A stretch of 64,000 nt of DNA from Rhodothermales bacterium (GTDB taxonomy: Bacteria > Bacteroidota > Rhodothermia > Rhodothermales > UBA10348): contig JAVJVN010000004.1 in assembly GCA_040221055.1 (NCBI GenBank), positions 269,430 through 333,429 on the forward strand, read 5' to 3'. Below are positions 7,741 through 17,974 of this stretch, in pieces. Each line of letters begins with the position of its first letter. Position 1 is the first letter of the stretch. A program made the position numbers and the translations under genes. The notes under the pieces are model-generated. The model was not told the origin of the DNA. It saw only the letters and a list, made by a program, of their open reading frames with translations, and ran no database searches.

Positions 7741-8553
7741 TCAGGGTCGGCGCGCCACCGCGATCAAGCCGGTACCCGTATGGTTGGGCGTGGAGACATC
7801 GAGAAAATTGAACACCGTGGCCAGCGGCAGCACCGGGATGTAGTAGAACGGCAGCAGGATGACCGCCGCGAACGTCTTCGACAGGAGCAGCATGGGGTAC
7901 TTGATGAGCAGCTTCCAGGCCAGGCTCCCCCACGGACCGTACGTATAGTCGATGCGCTCCACCGTGAACCCGGCCCGCTCCAGTTTTTCCCGGAGTTCAT
8001 CCTGCCCATAACCGTCCCGGACATGCTCTCCGATGAACGATGCGTCGCCGTCCGCCCCTACGTCGCTCCCCCCCTGGTCCGACGGGGTGTTGATGATGAC
8101 CGTGCCTCCCGGCCGCAGGACCCGGTGGAAGTGCGAAAACACCGTCTCGTCTTCCTCTATGTGCTCCATGACATCAACCGACAGGATGAGATCGTATGGT
8201 CCGACGGCCCCCAACCGGGTCAGGTCGTCCACACCGAACGTGGTCCGCGCATCCAGGCCGTACCGCTCGAACAGGACCCGCGCCCATTCCAGGTAGTCGT
8301 TCTTGATGTCCACCGCGTGGATGCGCACGCCCGGATACCGCCGGGCCATCCACCAGGAGAACTGGCCGAATCCCGTGCCGGCATCCAACATGCGAAGCCG
8401 CCCCCCGCTTCGCTCGGCGGCCGCGCGCAGCGCCCTGCGGACGTACCAGGCGCGCAGGAAAACGACCTGCAGGATGCTGAAGAACAGGCGCATGGCCCAC
8501 GGCCGACCTTCCACGAGGGCGCCGAACCGGTCTTTGATGGGGTCATAGTGCAT
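7741..8553 (-). CDS. Class I SAM-dependent methyltransferase with hydrophobic C-terminal segment
   Basis: Motif I LDAGTGFGQF, post-I HAVDI and LILSVDVMEHIEED. C-terminal hydrophobic stretch LLSKTFAAVILLPFYYIPVLPLATVF. Confidence 0.75.
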   Translation of the reverse strand: MHYDPIKDRFGALVEGRPWAMRLFFSILQVVFLRAWYVRRALRAAAERSGGRLRMLDAGTGFGQFSWWMARRYPGVRIHAVDIKNDYLEWARVLFERYGLDARTTFGVDDLTRLGAVGPYDLILSVDVMEHIEEDETVFSHFHRVLRPGGTVIINTPSDQGGSDVGADGDASFIGEHVRDGYGQDELREKLERAGFTVERIDYTYGPWGSLAWKLLIKYPMLLLSKTFAAVILLPFYYIPVLPLATVFNFLDVSTPNHTGTGLIAVARRP

Positions 8554-8580
8554 GGGCTGACTCAGCAGAGTGGAGTAGGT

Positions 8581-9918
8581 TCAGGTGCAGGCGGGGCCGT
8601 CCTGGCCGGAAGAGGCGAACAACTCGGCGAACGATGCCCAGTCGTTTCCGGCCCGGTTGCGGGTTCGGCCGGCTCCGTCCGTAAGCCGCTGGAGCACGTC
8701 CGGCCGAAGCGCATGTTCCAGTCGGTCGGCCAGGGAGGCCGGGTCGTCCGGTTCGGCAATCAGGCCGTCCTCGCCGTCCTGGACCATGTCCGGCAGGCCC
8801 CCGACCCGTGTTACGATGACGGGCCGGCCGAACTGGAAGGCGGTCTGCACGACCCCACTCTGTGTGGCGTGCCGGTACGGCTGCACGACGATATCCGCCG
8901 CCGAGAAATACGTGTGGACGTCCTCGTCGGAAATGTACCGGCCATGGAAATGGACCCGGTTCGCCAGGCCCAGCCGTTCGGCGTGCTCCCGGTAGGTGGC
9001 TTCGTCCTCATAGAACTCACCGGCCACCACAAGGTGTGGTTCGGGGCGTTGGTCCACAGGAAGACGGGCCAGCGCCTCCAACAATACATCCAACCCCTTG
9101 TAGGCGCGGACCAGCCCAAAAAAGAGGATCACCGGGCGGGCGCCCGTCCGTCCTTCCGGTCCTTCCTCTGGCAAATCCTCAGGTCGTCCTGGCGGCAGGC
9201 CCAGTGATTTGCGCGCCGCGGTCTTGTCCACCGCCTCCCCGAACTGGTTGTACACCGGGTGCGGCCGCACCTCGATCTCGTCACGGCGCCGACCGCCGAG
9301 CTCCGCGATGTCATCCGCCACCGCCGCCGACAGCGCGACCACCCGGTCCATCCGGCGAAGCAGTCGCCGCATGAGCGGGCGGGCAAAGGGTTGCCATTCG
9401 TGCGGGATGGCATTGTGCACGATGGCGGTGGTCCGGATGGATGGGGCTGCTGCTCCGGATCTCACCCCTCCCCTCTGCAGTCCATTCAGAACGGATAAGT
9501 AGACGGGGCAGAAGAACGGCATCCAGACCATGAACACCACCTCCGTGACGCCGGCGTCCCGGAGGTGGCGGGCGGCGCGGCGACCCGTCCAGGGACACAG
9601 GGAATCCAGGTCGCGCCGCGCCTCAGGAAGGTCCGGGGATACGTGGAAGGAGGTCTCGGACAGGGAAGCTCCTGCTTGTTCAGCGGTGGAGATGGGTGGA
9701 CCTTCGGTCACCGGCGTCTCCTGGCTGCTGCCGGGGTAGAGCCAGCCAGGGTATTGGCGCGAAAAGGAAATGCCGACCACCCGTCGTACGGCCGCCGACG
9801 ATGTACCGTCCGGGTTTTCCACCGCCCGGTGCAGCCGCTCCGTGAAATGGGCTATGCCGCCGCGATAGGGAGGGTAGGGGCCGACAATTCCGAGCGGGCC
9901 GGGGTCTTCGGCGGTCAT
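8581..9918 (-). CDS. Glycosyltransferase family 4 (GT-B, retaining type)
   Basis: C-terminal GT1/GT4 signature: HATQSGVVQTAFQFGRPVIVTRVGGLPDMVQDGEDGLIAEPDDPASL. The ATG overlaps the stop of the upstream GT2 gene (ATGA). Confidence 0.8.
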   Translation of the reverse strand: MTAEDPGPLGIVGPYPPYRGGIAHFTERLHRAVENPDGTSSAAVRRVVGISFSRQYPGWLYPGSSQETPVTEGPPISTAEQAGASLSETSFHVSPDLPEARRDLDSLCPWTGRRAARHLRDAGVTEVVFMVWMPFFCPVYLSVLNGLQRGGVRSGAAAPSIRTTAIVHNAIPHEWQPFARPLMRRLLRRMDRVVALSAAVADDIAELGGRRRDEIEVRPHPVYNQFGEAVDKTAARKSLGLPPGRPEDLPEEGPEGRTGARPVILFFGLVRAYKGLDVLLEALARLPVDQRPEPHLVVAGEFYEDEATYREHAERLGLANRVHFHGRYISDEDVHTYFSAADIVVQPYRHATQSGVVQTAFQFGRPVIVTRVGGLPDMVQDGEDGLIAEPDDPASLADRLEHALRPDVLQRLTDGAGRTRNRAGNDWASFAELFASSGQDGPACT

Positions 9919-10868
9919 GGCTTCAAGCGGGGGACTTCCTCGGCAATGCCGTAGGATTCGGTCTGCTGCATGCGGGGCACGACAATCATTTCACCCACGA
10001 GTCCCACCGTGAACATCTGCACGCCCACCAGCATGAGCAGGGCGCCCAGGAGCAGGAGCGGACGGTCGCCGATGGGATTCCCGAAGTACAGTTTGTCGAC
10101 CGATATCCAGAGGCTGATGACGAAGCCGCCCAGGAACGCGAGGGTGCCCAGCGACCCGAAGAAATGCATGGGCCGGGAAGCGAATCGCGTCAGGAAGTAG
10201 ACCGTCAGCAGATCCAGGAATCCCTTTACGAAGCGCTCCAGTCCGAACTTCGTTCGACCGAATTTGCGCGGATGGTGGGTGACCACCTTTTCGGTGATCC
10301 GCGTGTATCCCTCCCAGGTGGCGAGCAGCGGGACGTACCGGTGCAACTCCCCGTAGAGACGGACCGACTTCACGACGTCCAGACGGTAGGCCTTCAGTCC
10401 GCAGTTGAAATCATGCAGGGGAATGCCGGATATGCGGCGCGTCACGAAGTTGAAGAACCGGCTCGGTATGGTCTTCGAGAGCGGGTCGTGCCGCTCCCGT
10501 TTCCACCCCGACACGAGATCGTATCCCGATTCCAGCAGGGCCACCAGGCCGGGGATTTCCTTGGGGTCATCCTGCAAATCCGCATCCATCGTGATGACGT
10601 ACTTGCCCGTGGCCCGTTCGAAACCCATGGCGAGCGCGGCCGACTTGCCGTAATTGCGGCGCAGGCGGATGCCCCGGAATCGCGCATCGCGCTCGTTCAT
10701 GGACTCGATGACTTCCCAGGAGTCATCGGTCGACCCATCATCCACATACCAGACCGAAAAGCGGAATCCGGCCCCGTCGCATACAGCGCGGATCCGATCG
10801 GTCAGTTCCGGGAGGGATGCTTCCTCGTCGAGAACCGGGACCACGATGGTGAGGTCCGTCTCGTACAT
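9915..10868 (-). CDS. Glycosyltransferase family 2, polyprenol-phosphate glycosyltransferase-like (DPM1/GtrB/ArnC type) with two C-terminal TMs
   Basis: LTIVVPVLDEEASLPEL...VDDGSTDDS...MDADLQDDP (DxD) and C-terminal TM pair. Start set at MYETDL (ATG 10868), 1 nt after the gyrB stop. Confidence 0.85.
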   Translation of the reverse strand: MYETDLTIVVPVLDEEASLPELTDRIRAVCDGAGFRFSVWYVDDGSTDDSWEVIESMNERDARFRGIRLRRNYGKSAALAMGFERATGKYVITMDADLQDDPKEIPGLVALLESGYDLVSGWKRERHDPLSKTIPSRFFNFVTRRISGIPLHDFNCGLKAYRLDVVKSVRLYGELHRYVPLLATWEGYTRITEKVVTHHPRKFGRTKFGLERFVKGFLDLLTVYFLTRFASRPMHFFGSLGTLAFLGGFVISLWISVDKLYFGNPIGDRPLLLLGALLMLVGVQMFTVGLVGEMIVVPRMQQTESYGIAEEVPRLKP

Positions 10869-10869
10869 G

Positions 10870-12948
<2,079 letters not shown>

Positions 12949-13614
12949 TCAGACTTCCAGGTACCGCATGAATTCCTGGACCCGGTCCAGCAGGTCCTCG
13001 GCGTCTTCTTCCTCGCCGAAGGCCGCCACCACGTGGTAGCCGTTGTGCTCGAGCATGTGCCGGACCCGCGCGGCGTCGCGCATGTTCAGCTTCAGCGTGA
13101 TGCCGATTTTGTCGTCGGGCATGGATTCCGTGGCCAGGGACAGCACACGGATATCATTCTGCTCAATCAGATACAGGATCTGGGACAACGCCACGTCGCG
13201 GGAATTCACTTCGAGCGCCAGGATGGCGCCGGACTCCTGCGTGGCCAGCATCCGCGCAAACCGTTCGAACAGGTCATGGCGGCGGATGAGCCCGATGTAG
13301 TGCATGGACGCGTCCACGACCGGGACCGTGGTCAGGTCATGGTCCATGATCACCTTCGTGATCTCGAACACATGATCGTCCAGATCCACGTGCATGGGCG
13401 CACCGGAGCCTCCTATGAGGGTCATGACGAGCGCATCGGGACCAGGGGCATTCAGCATGTCCTCTTCGGACACCACCCCAACGAGCGTGCCGTTCATGTC
13501 CACCACCGGCAGATGGCGAACGCGCAGCTCCATCAACAGGCCGAGTCCGTATTCAACGGTATCACCCGGCTTGAGGGGCGGAGTCGAGTTGCTGATGAGT
13601 GTGTCCACGGACAT
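12949..13614 (-). CDS. CBS-pair domain protein with ACT-like C-terminal domain (AcuB-like)
   Basis: Two CBS repeats (HLPVVDMNGTLVGVVSEEDML; TTVPVVDASMHYIGLIRRHDLF), then a small alpha/beta C-terminal region. Start at MSVDTL (ATG 13614). Confidence 0.7.
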   Translation of the reverse strand: MSVDTLISNSTPPLKPGDTVEYGLGLLMELRVRHLPVVDMNGTLVGVVSEEDMLNAPGPDALVMTLIGGSGAPMHVDLDDHVFEITKVIMDHDLTTVPVVDASMHYIGLIRRHDLFERFARMLATQESGAILALEVNSRDVALSQILYLIEQNDIRVLSLATESMPDDKIGITLKLNMRDAARVRHMLEHNGYHVVAAFGEEEDAEDLLDRVQEFMRYLEV

Positions 13615-13674
13615 GGGGATTAATCTACATGTTGGAGTGTGCAATCGCTGTGCCGTTTCCCGCATCCCCATCAA

Positions 13675-13687
13675 AAAATCTGATTTT
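13675..13687. promoter_or_regulatory. 13-bp palindrome AAAATC-T-GATTTT upstream of the CBS/ACT gene
   Basis: Perfect 6-bp arms, about 60 nt upstream of ATG 13614. Confidence 0.2.
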
Positions 13688-13769
13688 CGGCCCGAATGGT
13701 GCCTGAATCGCGACGAAATGGCAGAATCATCGGGCCGATGGCGGCCTGGTGGCGGCAAATCCGGCCAAA

Positions 13770-15104
13770 TCAGGCGGCACCTGTTTCCTGTACTGGACGC
13801 AGGTCGCGGTAGCGGAATACGAGTTTGTCCAGGTCTTCCACATACCGGGGAGCCACCCGGAAGCGAAGCCGGACCACGGCCACGGTCTCATCGTCGTACT
13901 CCGTGCTGGCATACAGCCACGATTCCTCCTGGACGTCAGCCAGGCGGCGGATATGCGCGATGGCCGCCTGATCGGTCACCGGCAGGATGACCGTCCGCTC
14001 CTTGAAGTCCTCTTCCATCACGGCAATCAGCCGTTCCTCGAGTTCCGCCAGCCCGATGCCCCGGAGCGCGGACACGAACGCGGCATCCGGATACTCCTGC
14101 CGGAGTGCATGCAGCGCATCGACATCCTCCAGCGCATCGATCTTGTTGAAGACCAGGAGCGTGGGCTTGTCATCGGCTTTCAATTCGGCAAGCGTCTCCT
14201 CCACCACCTGCTGCTGCTCCTGGAAGCGGGGGTGCGTCGTATCGACCACATGCATGAGCACGTCCGATTCGCGCACTTCGTCGAGGGTGCTCTTGAAGGA
14301 TTCAATCAGACGATGCGGCAGCTTCCGGATGAACCCGACGGTGTCCGACAACAGGATGGTCTTGTTTCCCGCAAGATGCACGGTGCGGGTGGTCGAGTCG
14401 AGTGTGGCGAACAGCCGGTTTTCTGCCAGTACACCGGCATCCGATGCGAGCGCGTTCATGAGCGTGGACTTTCCGGCGTTCGTATAGCCAACCAGTGACA
14501 CCCGGGTGTAATCGGTCCGGCCCTTGCGCTGCGTGGTCCGTTGCTGGTCGATTTTTTCCAGGCGCTCCTTGAGCGTGGCAATGCGCAGGCCAATGAGGCG
14601 GCGGTCCGTTTCGATCTGGGTTTCCCCCGGGCCCTTGGTTCCGATGCCCCCCTTCTGGCGGGAAAGGTGCGTCCATTGCCGGGTCAGGCGCGTGGACAGG
14701 TATTCGAGTTGGGCGAGTTCGACCTGCGTCTTGGCCGTCGCCGTGCGGGCATTCCGGGCAAAGATGTCCAGGATGAGGGCGGAGCGGTCCACCAGCTTGC
14801 AGCCCAGCGTGCGCTCCAGGTTGCGGAGCTGGATGGGCGTCAGATCGTCGTCGAAAATGACGAGGTCGGATTTGCGTTGCCCCACGAGCTCGTTGAGCTC
14901 GGCCACCTTGCCCTTGCCGATGTAGGTGGACGTGTTGATGTTCGTGACCGACTGCGTGAGCCGGTCCGTTACGTCCGCGCCTGCCGTATCGGCCAGCAGG
15001 GCCAGCTCATCCAGCGAATCATCCACTTCCCAGCGGGACTCACCGGGCTTGATGACACCGACCAGGATGGCCGATTCACGATTTTTGGACTCGGTTGAAT
15101 ACAA
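13770..15104 (-). CDS. hflX: GTPase HflX
   Basis: HflX N-domain ([13 protein letters not shown]...), G1 [10 protein letters not shown]3 DTVGF, G4 NKID. 444 aa. Confidence 0.92.
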   Translation of the reverse strand: MYSTESKNRESAILVGVIKPGESRWEVDDSLDELALLADTAGADVTDRLTQSVTNINTSTYIGKGKVAELNELVGQRKSDLVIFDDDLTPIQLRNLERTLGCKLVDRSALILDIFARNARTATAKTQVELAQLEYLSTRLTRQWTHLSRQKGGIGTKGPGETQIETDRRLIGLRIATLKERLEKIDQQRTTQRKGRTDYTRVSLVGYTNAGKSTLMNALASDAGVLAENRLFATLDSTTRTVHLAGNKTILLSDTVGFIRKLPHRLIESFKSTLDEVRESDVLMHVVDTTHPRFQEQQQVVEETLAELKADDKPTLLVFNKIDALEDVDALHALRQEYPDAAFVSALRGIGLAELEERLIAVMEEDFKERTVILPVTDQAAIAHIRRLADVQEESWLYASTEYDDETVAVVRLRFRVAPRYVEDLDKLVFRYRDLRPVQETGAA

Positions 15105-15107
15105 GCG

Positions 15108-15668
15108 TCAGTTCTCCAGCGCCTTGCGGCTCGCCATGTGTGGCGCAGGAATATCAAGGGAAGCCTCCAGCTTGGTGCGCACCAGACCGCGGAAGCGATC
15201 GGCGTACAACAGGGGAACCGGCACCTGAAGGCGGCGACGTTCACCGGAGAAATCCTGGTAGAAGAAGACGAACTGGCTGCGCCGTCCTTCGTCGACCTCG
15301 AACCAATCCGTAATCTGCCCCCACCCGACGGAATCGCCGGTGCGCCCGGCTTCCGAAATGATGCCGTATTCCGTGATGATGGTGCTCGTGGCCAGGGCCA
15401 CGGCCGTGAACCAGAGGGCGCCACCCAGCAGGTACCCCAGATAGATGGGCAGGTTGATGACGGGGTGGGCGTTGTGCGCGTAGACCAGGAAGACGGTCAC
15501 GAGTCCCATGAACAGCGTCGGCCAGATGGGGAAAATCTGCCACCCTCCGGCACGCCAGACCAGCCGGACGCCGCGGATCCGCAGACGCCGGGCGACCGTC
15601 ATGGTCAGCAGCATCGCCGTCACCAGGACGAAGGCGAAAACAAGGACCGTGTGCAAGGTATTGATCAT
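15108..15668 (-). CDS. Hypothetical membrane protein (3-4 TM N-terminus plus soluble PH-like C-terminal domain)
   Basis: Hydrophobic segments HTVLVFAFVLVTAMLL, IFPIWPTLFMGLVTVFLVY and LGYLLGGALWFTAVALA. 3-nt gap to the hflX start. No recognisable catalytic motif. Confidence 0.5.
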   Translation of the reverse strand: MINTLHTVLVFAFVLVTAMLLTMTVARRLRIRGVRLVWRAGGWQIFPIWPTLFMGLVTVFLVYAHNAHPVINLPIYLGYLLGGALWFTAVALATSTIITEYGIISEAGRTGDSVGWGQITDWFEVDEGRRSQFVFFYQDFSGERRRLQVPVPLLYADRFRGLVRTKLEASLDIPAPHMASRKALEN

Positions 15669-15704
15669 CGGGGACCGTTCAGTGACAGTACGGGCCGGGG
15701 CCCA

Positions 15705-17858
15705 TCAGGACGCGCTTTCCGGGCGCCAGCGGCTCGCAAGAATGGATTCCAGGAGCATGCAAATCAACGCGAGGCCCAAAAAGACGTTCCACAGTTCATA
15801 GCCCGTCCGGGCCGCCGCCACCTGTGCTTCGAGCGGGGTGCTGTCGGCCAGCCGGATGTCCAGGACGCCGACGTCCTGACCGGTCAATTCCGTGAGGTGG
15901 GCGGCAGCTTCGTCCGGGTCCATCAACGACAGCAGGGACTCGGCCGGATCGGACTGGATGACAAAACGGCGGATGACGTCCGTACCACTGGCCACGTCGT
16001 ACACACCCGGGTCGAAGAAGGGACCCGACACGTCCACGAGCGTCGCCCCGGGCAGGGTGCGTTGGGAAGGAATGAGTTCGTCGCCCTCCTCACTCCGGAC
16101 CACGACCTGCCGGCCTCCGGCGACGCGAATTTGCAGGGGCGTGCCCACCACGGCATCCTCGCCCATGACGGACTCTGATGAGGACAGCCAGTAGAGCGAG
16201 CGGTACAGGAGTGGAACGAAGAGGCCGCGCACCGGGAAGTCGCTCCACGTGATGCCGGACTCCACGGCGAACAGCAGCGTCAGGCCCTGGCCGCTGCGGA
16301 TTTCCTGCAGGAACGGTGCCCCGTTGGTCATGCCGATGATGGTCTGCTCATTGACCCCGCGCGGCGTGTACCGGATGGACCGGAAAACCGTCGGCTGTTC
16401 CAGTGTCGGTCCATCGTCACCCATGCCGGATGCGCCCGCGCCTTCTTCGGGAGCGAACATGCCCTCGAACAGCGGGTGCCCGGCATCCACGCGGTTGAAG
16501 GCCGTTCCGGCACCGCCCGCAGTCGCTCCGGCGGCTCCGGCTTCGGCGCCCGCCGCCGGGACCTCAATCGATCCCCCACCCAGTTCGGCCAACAGCGCAT
16601 TGTAGTCGGCCTGCGCCATGCCGTCCCACGGGAAGATCAGCAGACCGCCCCCGGCGCGGACATAGTCCGACAGGGCAGCCCGTTCCCCGGTCGACAGGTC
16701 CCGCACTCGGGACAGCACGACCGCGTCGAACGAGCCGAGCGCCGTCGCTGCCAATTGATCCTCGGCCACCTGCTCGGTCCTGAAACGCACCGATTCACCG
16801 CCAATGGATTCCGACAGCGCCAGGGCGAGGAACCGGTCATCGCCCGTACCCGCCAACAGGATGCGTCGCTCCTCCGGTACGTTCACCGTGAACGGGCGGA
16901 CGTTATCGAATACGTAATTGGGGTCGTCCACTTCCACACGACCTTTCAGCCAGCCGGTCCTGCGGGGCGTAACCACGAATTCAGCCGAGGTCTGCCCTCC
17001 GGCCGGAATGGTGACCGTGGCCTGGGCCACGCGCTCCCCTTCCAGGAACAGACTCGCCACCAGGCCTTCCACCGTCTGGCTGCCCGCATTCAGCAGCGTG
17101 GCGGTCAGGTTCATGGGGCGGTCGGCCGCAATGATCTGGCTCACCACGTCGACGTCCGTCACAGCCAGGTTGGACTCCCCGTCCGAACCGACCGGAAGCA
17201 GGAAAGTCCGGATATCCGCCGAGGAATCCGCCACGGCCACGGAGTCCGAGAGCGTGCTGGCCTGCAGATCGGAGGCGACGTAGATCTGACGGTTCACCGT
17301 CGGCCGTTCGCGGACCAGGCCCATGGCCTCGCGCAGGGCTTCGGTCAGGCGCCGCTGGCCCGGAATGGGCGCCAGGTCATCCAGCGCACCGCGAACGGCC
17401 GACGGCGTGGACAGGGCGAGCGGTGTGGATGTCCTTTCCCCCATGACGGGTACCACGAACACTTCGTCACCGCGCTCCATGCCGGCTACCAGTTCGGCTG
17501 CCACGCTCCGGACCTGGTCCAGCCAGGCACCACTGCCGTCCCGCAGTGTCATGGACGTGGAGTTGTCCACCACGAGGACCGTGGTGGTGCGCCCACCGCC
17601 GAGCGCCCCGGCCAGGCGACCTTCCAGCGTGGGCCGGGCAAACGCCAGCACCAGCGCCGCGATGGTCAGCATGCGCAGCGCCAGGAGCAGCCACTGCTTT
17701 ATTCGCACGCGCTGCATGGTGCTTTTCTGCAGTTCGTGCAGGAAAGCCAGACTGGAAAAATTGACGCGCTGGGGCCGCCTGAAATTGAACAGGTGGATGA
17801 CAAGCGGGATACCCGCCGCCAACAGTCCCAACAGAAAAAGTGGATTCAGGAAGATCAT
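15705..17858 (-). CDS. BatA-type N-terminal double-transmembrane domain / vWA-domain protein
   Basis: MIFLNPLFLLGLLAAGIPLVIHLFNFRRP...WLLLALRMLTIAALVLAFARP (aerotolerance-regulator N-terminal domain signature). vWA MIDAS VLVVDNSTSM. C-terminal TM. Start at ATG 17858. Confidence 0.7.
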   Translation of the reverse strand: MIFLNPLFLLGLLAAGIPLVIHLFNFRRPQRVNFSSLAFLHELQKSTMQRVRIKQWLLLALRMLTIAALVLAFARPTLEGRLAGALGGGRTTTVLVVDNSTSMTLRDGSGAWLDQVRSVAAELVAGMERGDEVFVVPVMGERTSTPLALSTPSAVRGALDDLAPIPGQRRLTEALREAMGLVRERPTVNRQIYVASDLQASTLSDSVAVADSSADIRTFLLPVGSDGESNLAVTDVDVVSQIIAADRPMNLTATLLNAGSQTVEGLVASLFLEGERVAQATVTIPAGGQTSAEFVVTPRRTGWLKGRVEVDDPNYVFDNVRPFTVNVPEERRILLAGTGDDRFLALALSESIGGESVRFRTEQVAEDQLAATALGSFDAVVLSRVRDLSTGERAALSDYVRAGGGLLIFPWDGMAQADYNALLAELGGGSIEVPAAGAEAGAAGATAGGAGTAFNRVDAGHPLFEGMFAPEEGAGASGMGDDGPTLEQPTVFRSIRYTPRGVNEQTIIGMTNGAPFLQEIRSGQGLTLLFAVESGITWSDFPVRGLFVPLLYRSLYWLSSSESVMGEDAVVGTPLQIRVAGGRQVVVRSEEGDELIPSQRTLPGATLVDVSGPFFDPGVYDVASGTDVIRRFVIQSDPAESLLSLMDPDEAAAHLTELTGQDVGVLDIRLADSTPLEAQVAAARTGYELWNVFLGLALICMLLESILASRWRPESAS

Positions 17859-17974
17859 GGCGACGGTGCTACGTGCAAGCCTCACCCGCGTTTCGTCCAT
17901 CGCCCGAAACAGGACGCGAACCCGGCTGCGGCTTTTTACGGGATCTTCGGCATCATCGTGCCGGGACAGGCGTA

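Noticed and set aside
13615-13769. Scanned all intergenic regions longer than 100 nt for tRNA, SRP, 6S or tmRNA-like genes and for intrinsic terminators: 4978-5270, 12838-12948, 13615-13769, 26401-26684, 32068-32216, 33707-33861, 36288-36405, 40138-40306, 44234-44364 and 49149-49298.
   Set aside because: No cloverleaf-compatible sequence, no conserved SRP/RNase P motifs, and no GC-hairpin followed by a T-tract could be read by eye. A covariance-model scan would be needed to exclude small RNAs.
17840-17974. N-terminal extensions of many track ORFs. Examples: uvrA from 17840, GT4 from 20728 and 21777, RidA from 32756, Ada from 33844, gyrB from 12921, mraZ from 5055 and rsmH from 4618.
   Set aside because: The extensions are non-conserved and low-complexity, and they overlap upstream genes. 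Internal ATG/GTG codons coincide with conserved family N-termini and with gene junctions.
17859-17974. Looked for an SOS/LexA box upstream of uvrA: the GTAT-N4-ATAC motif seen at the lexA-like gene, or the classical CTGT-N8-ACAG and GAAC-N4-GTTC boxes.
   Set aside because: None of these patterns occurs in the 116-nt BatA-like/uvrA divergent region.
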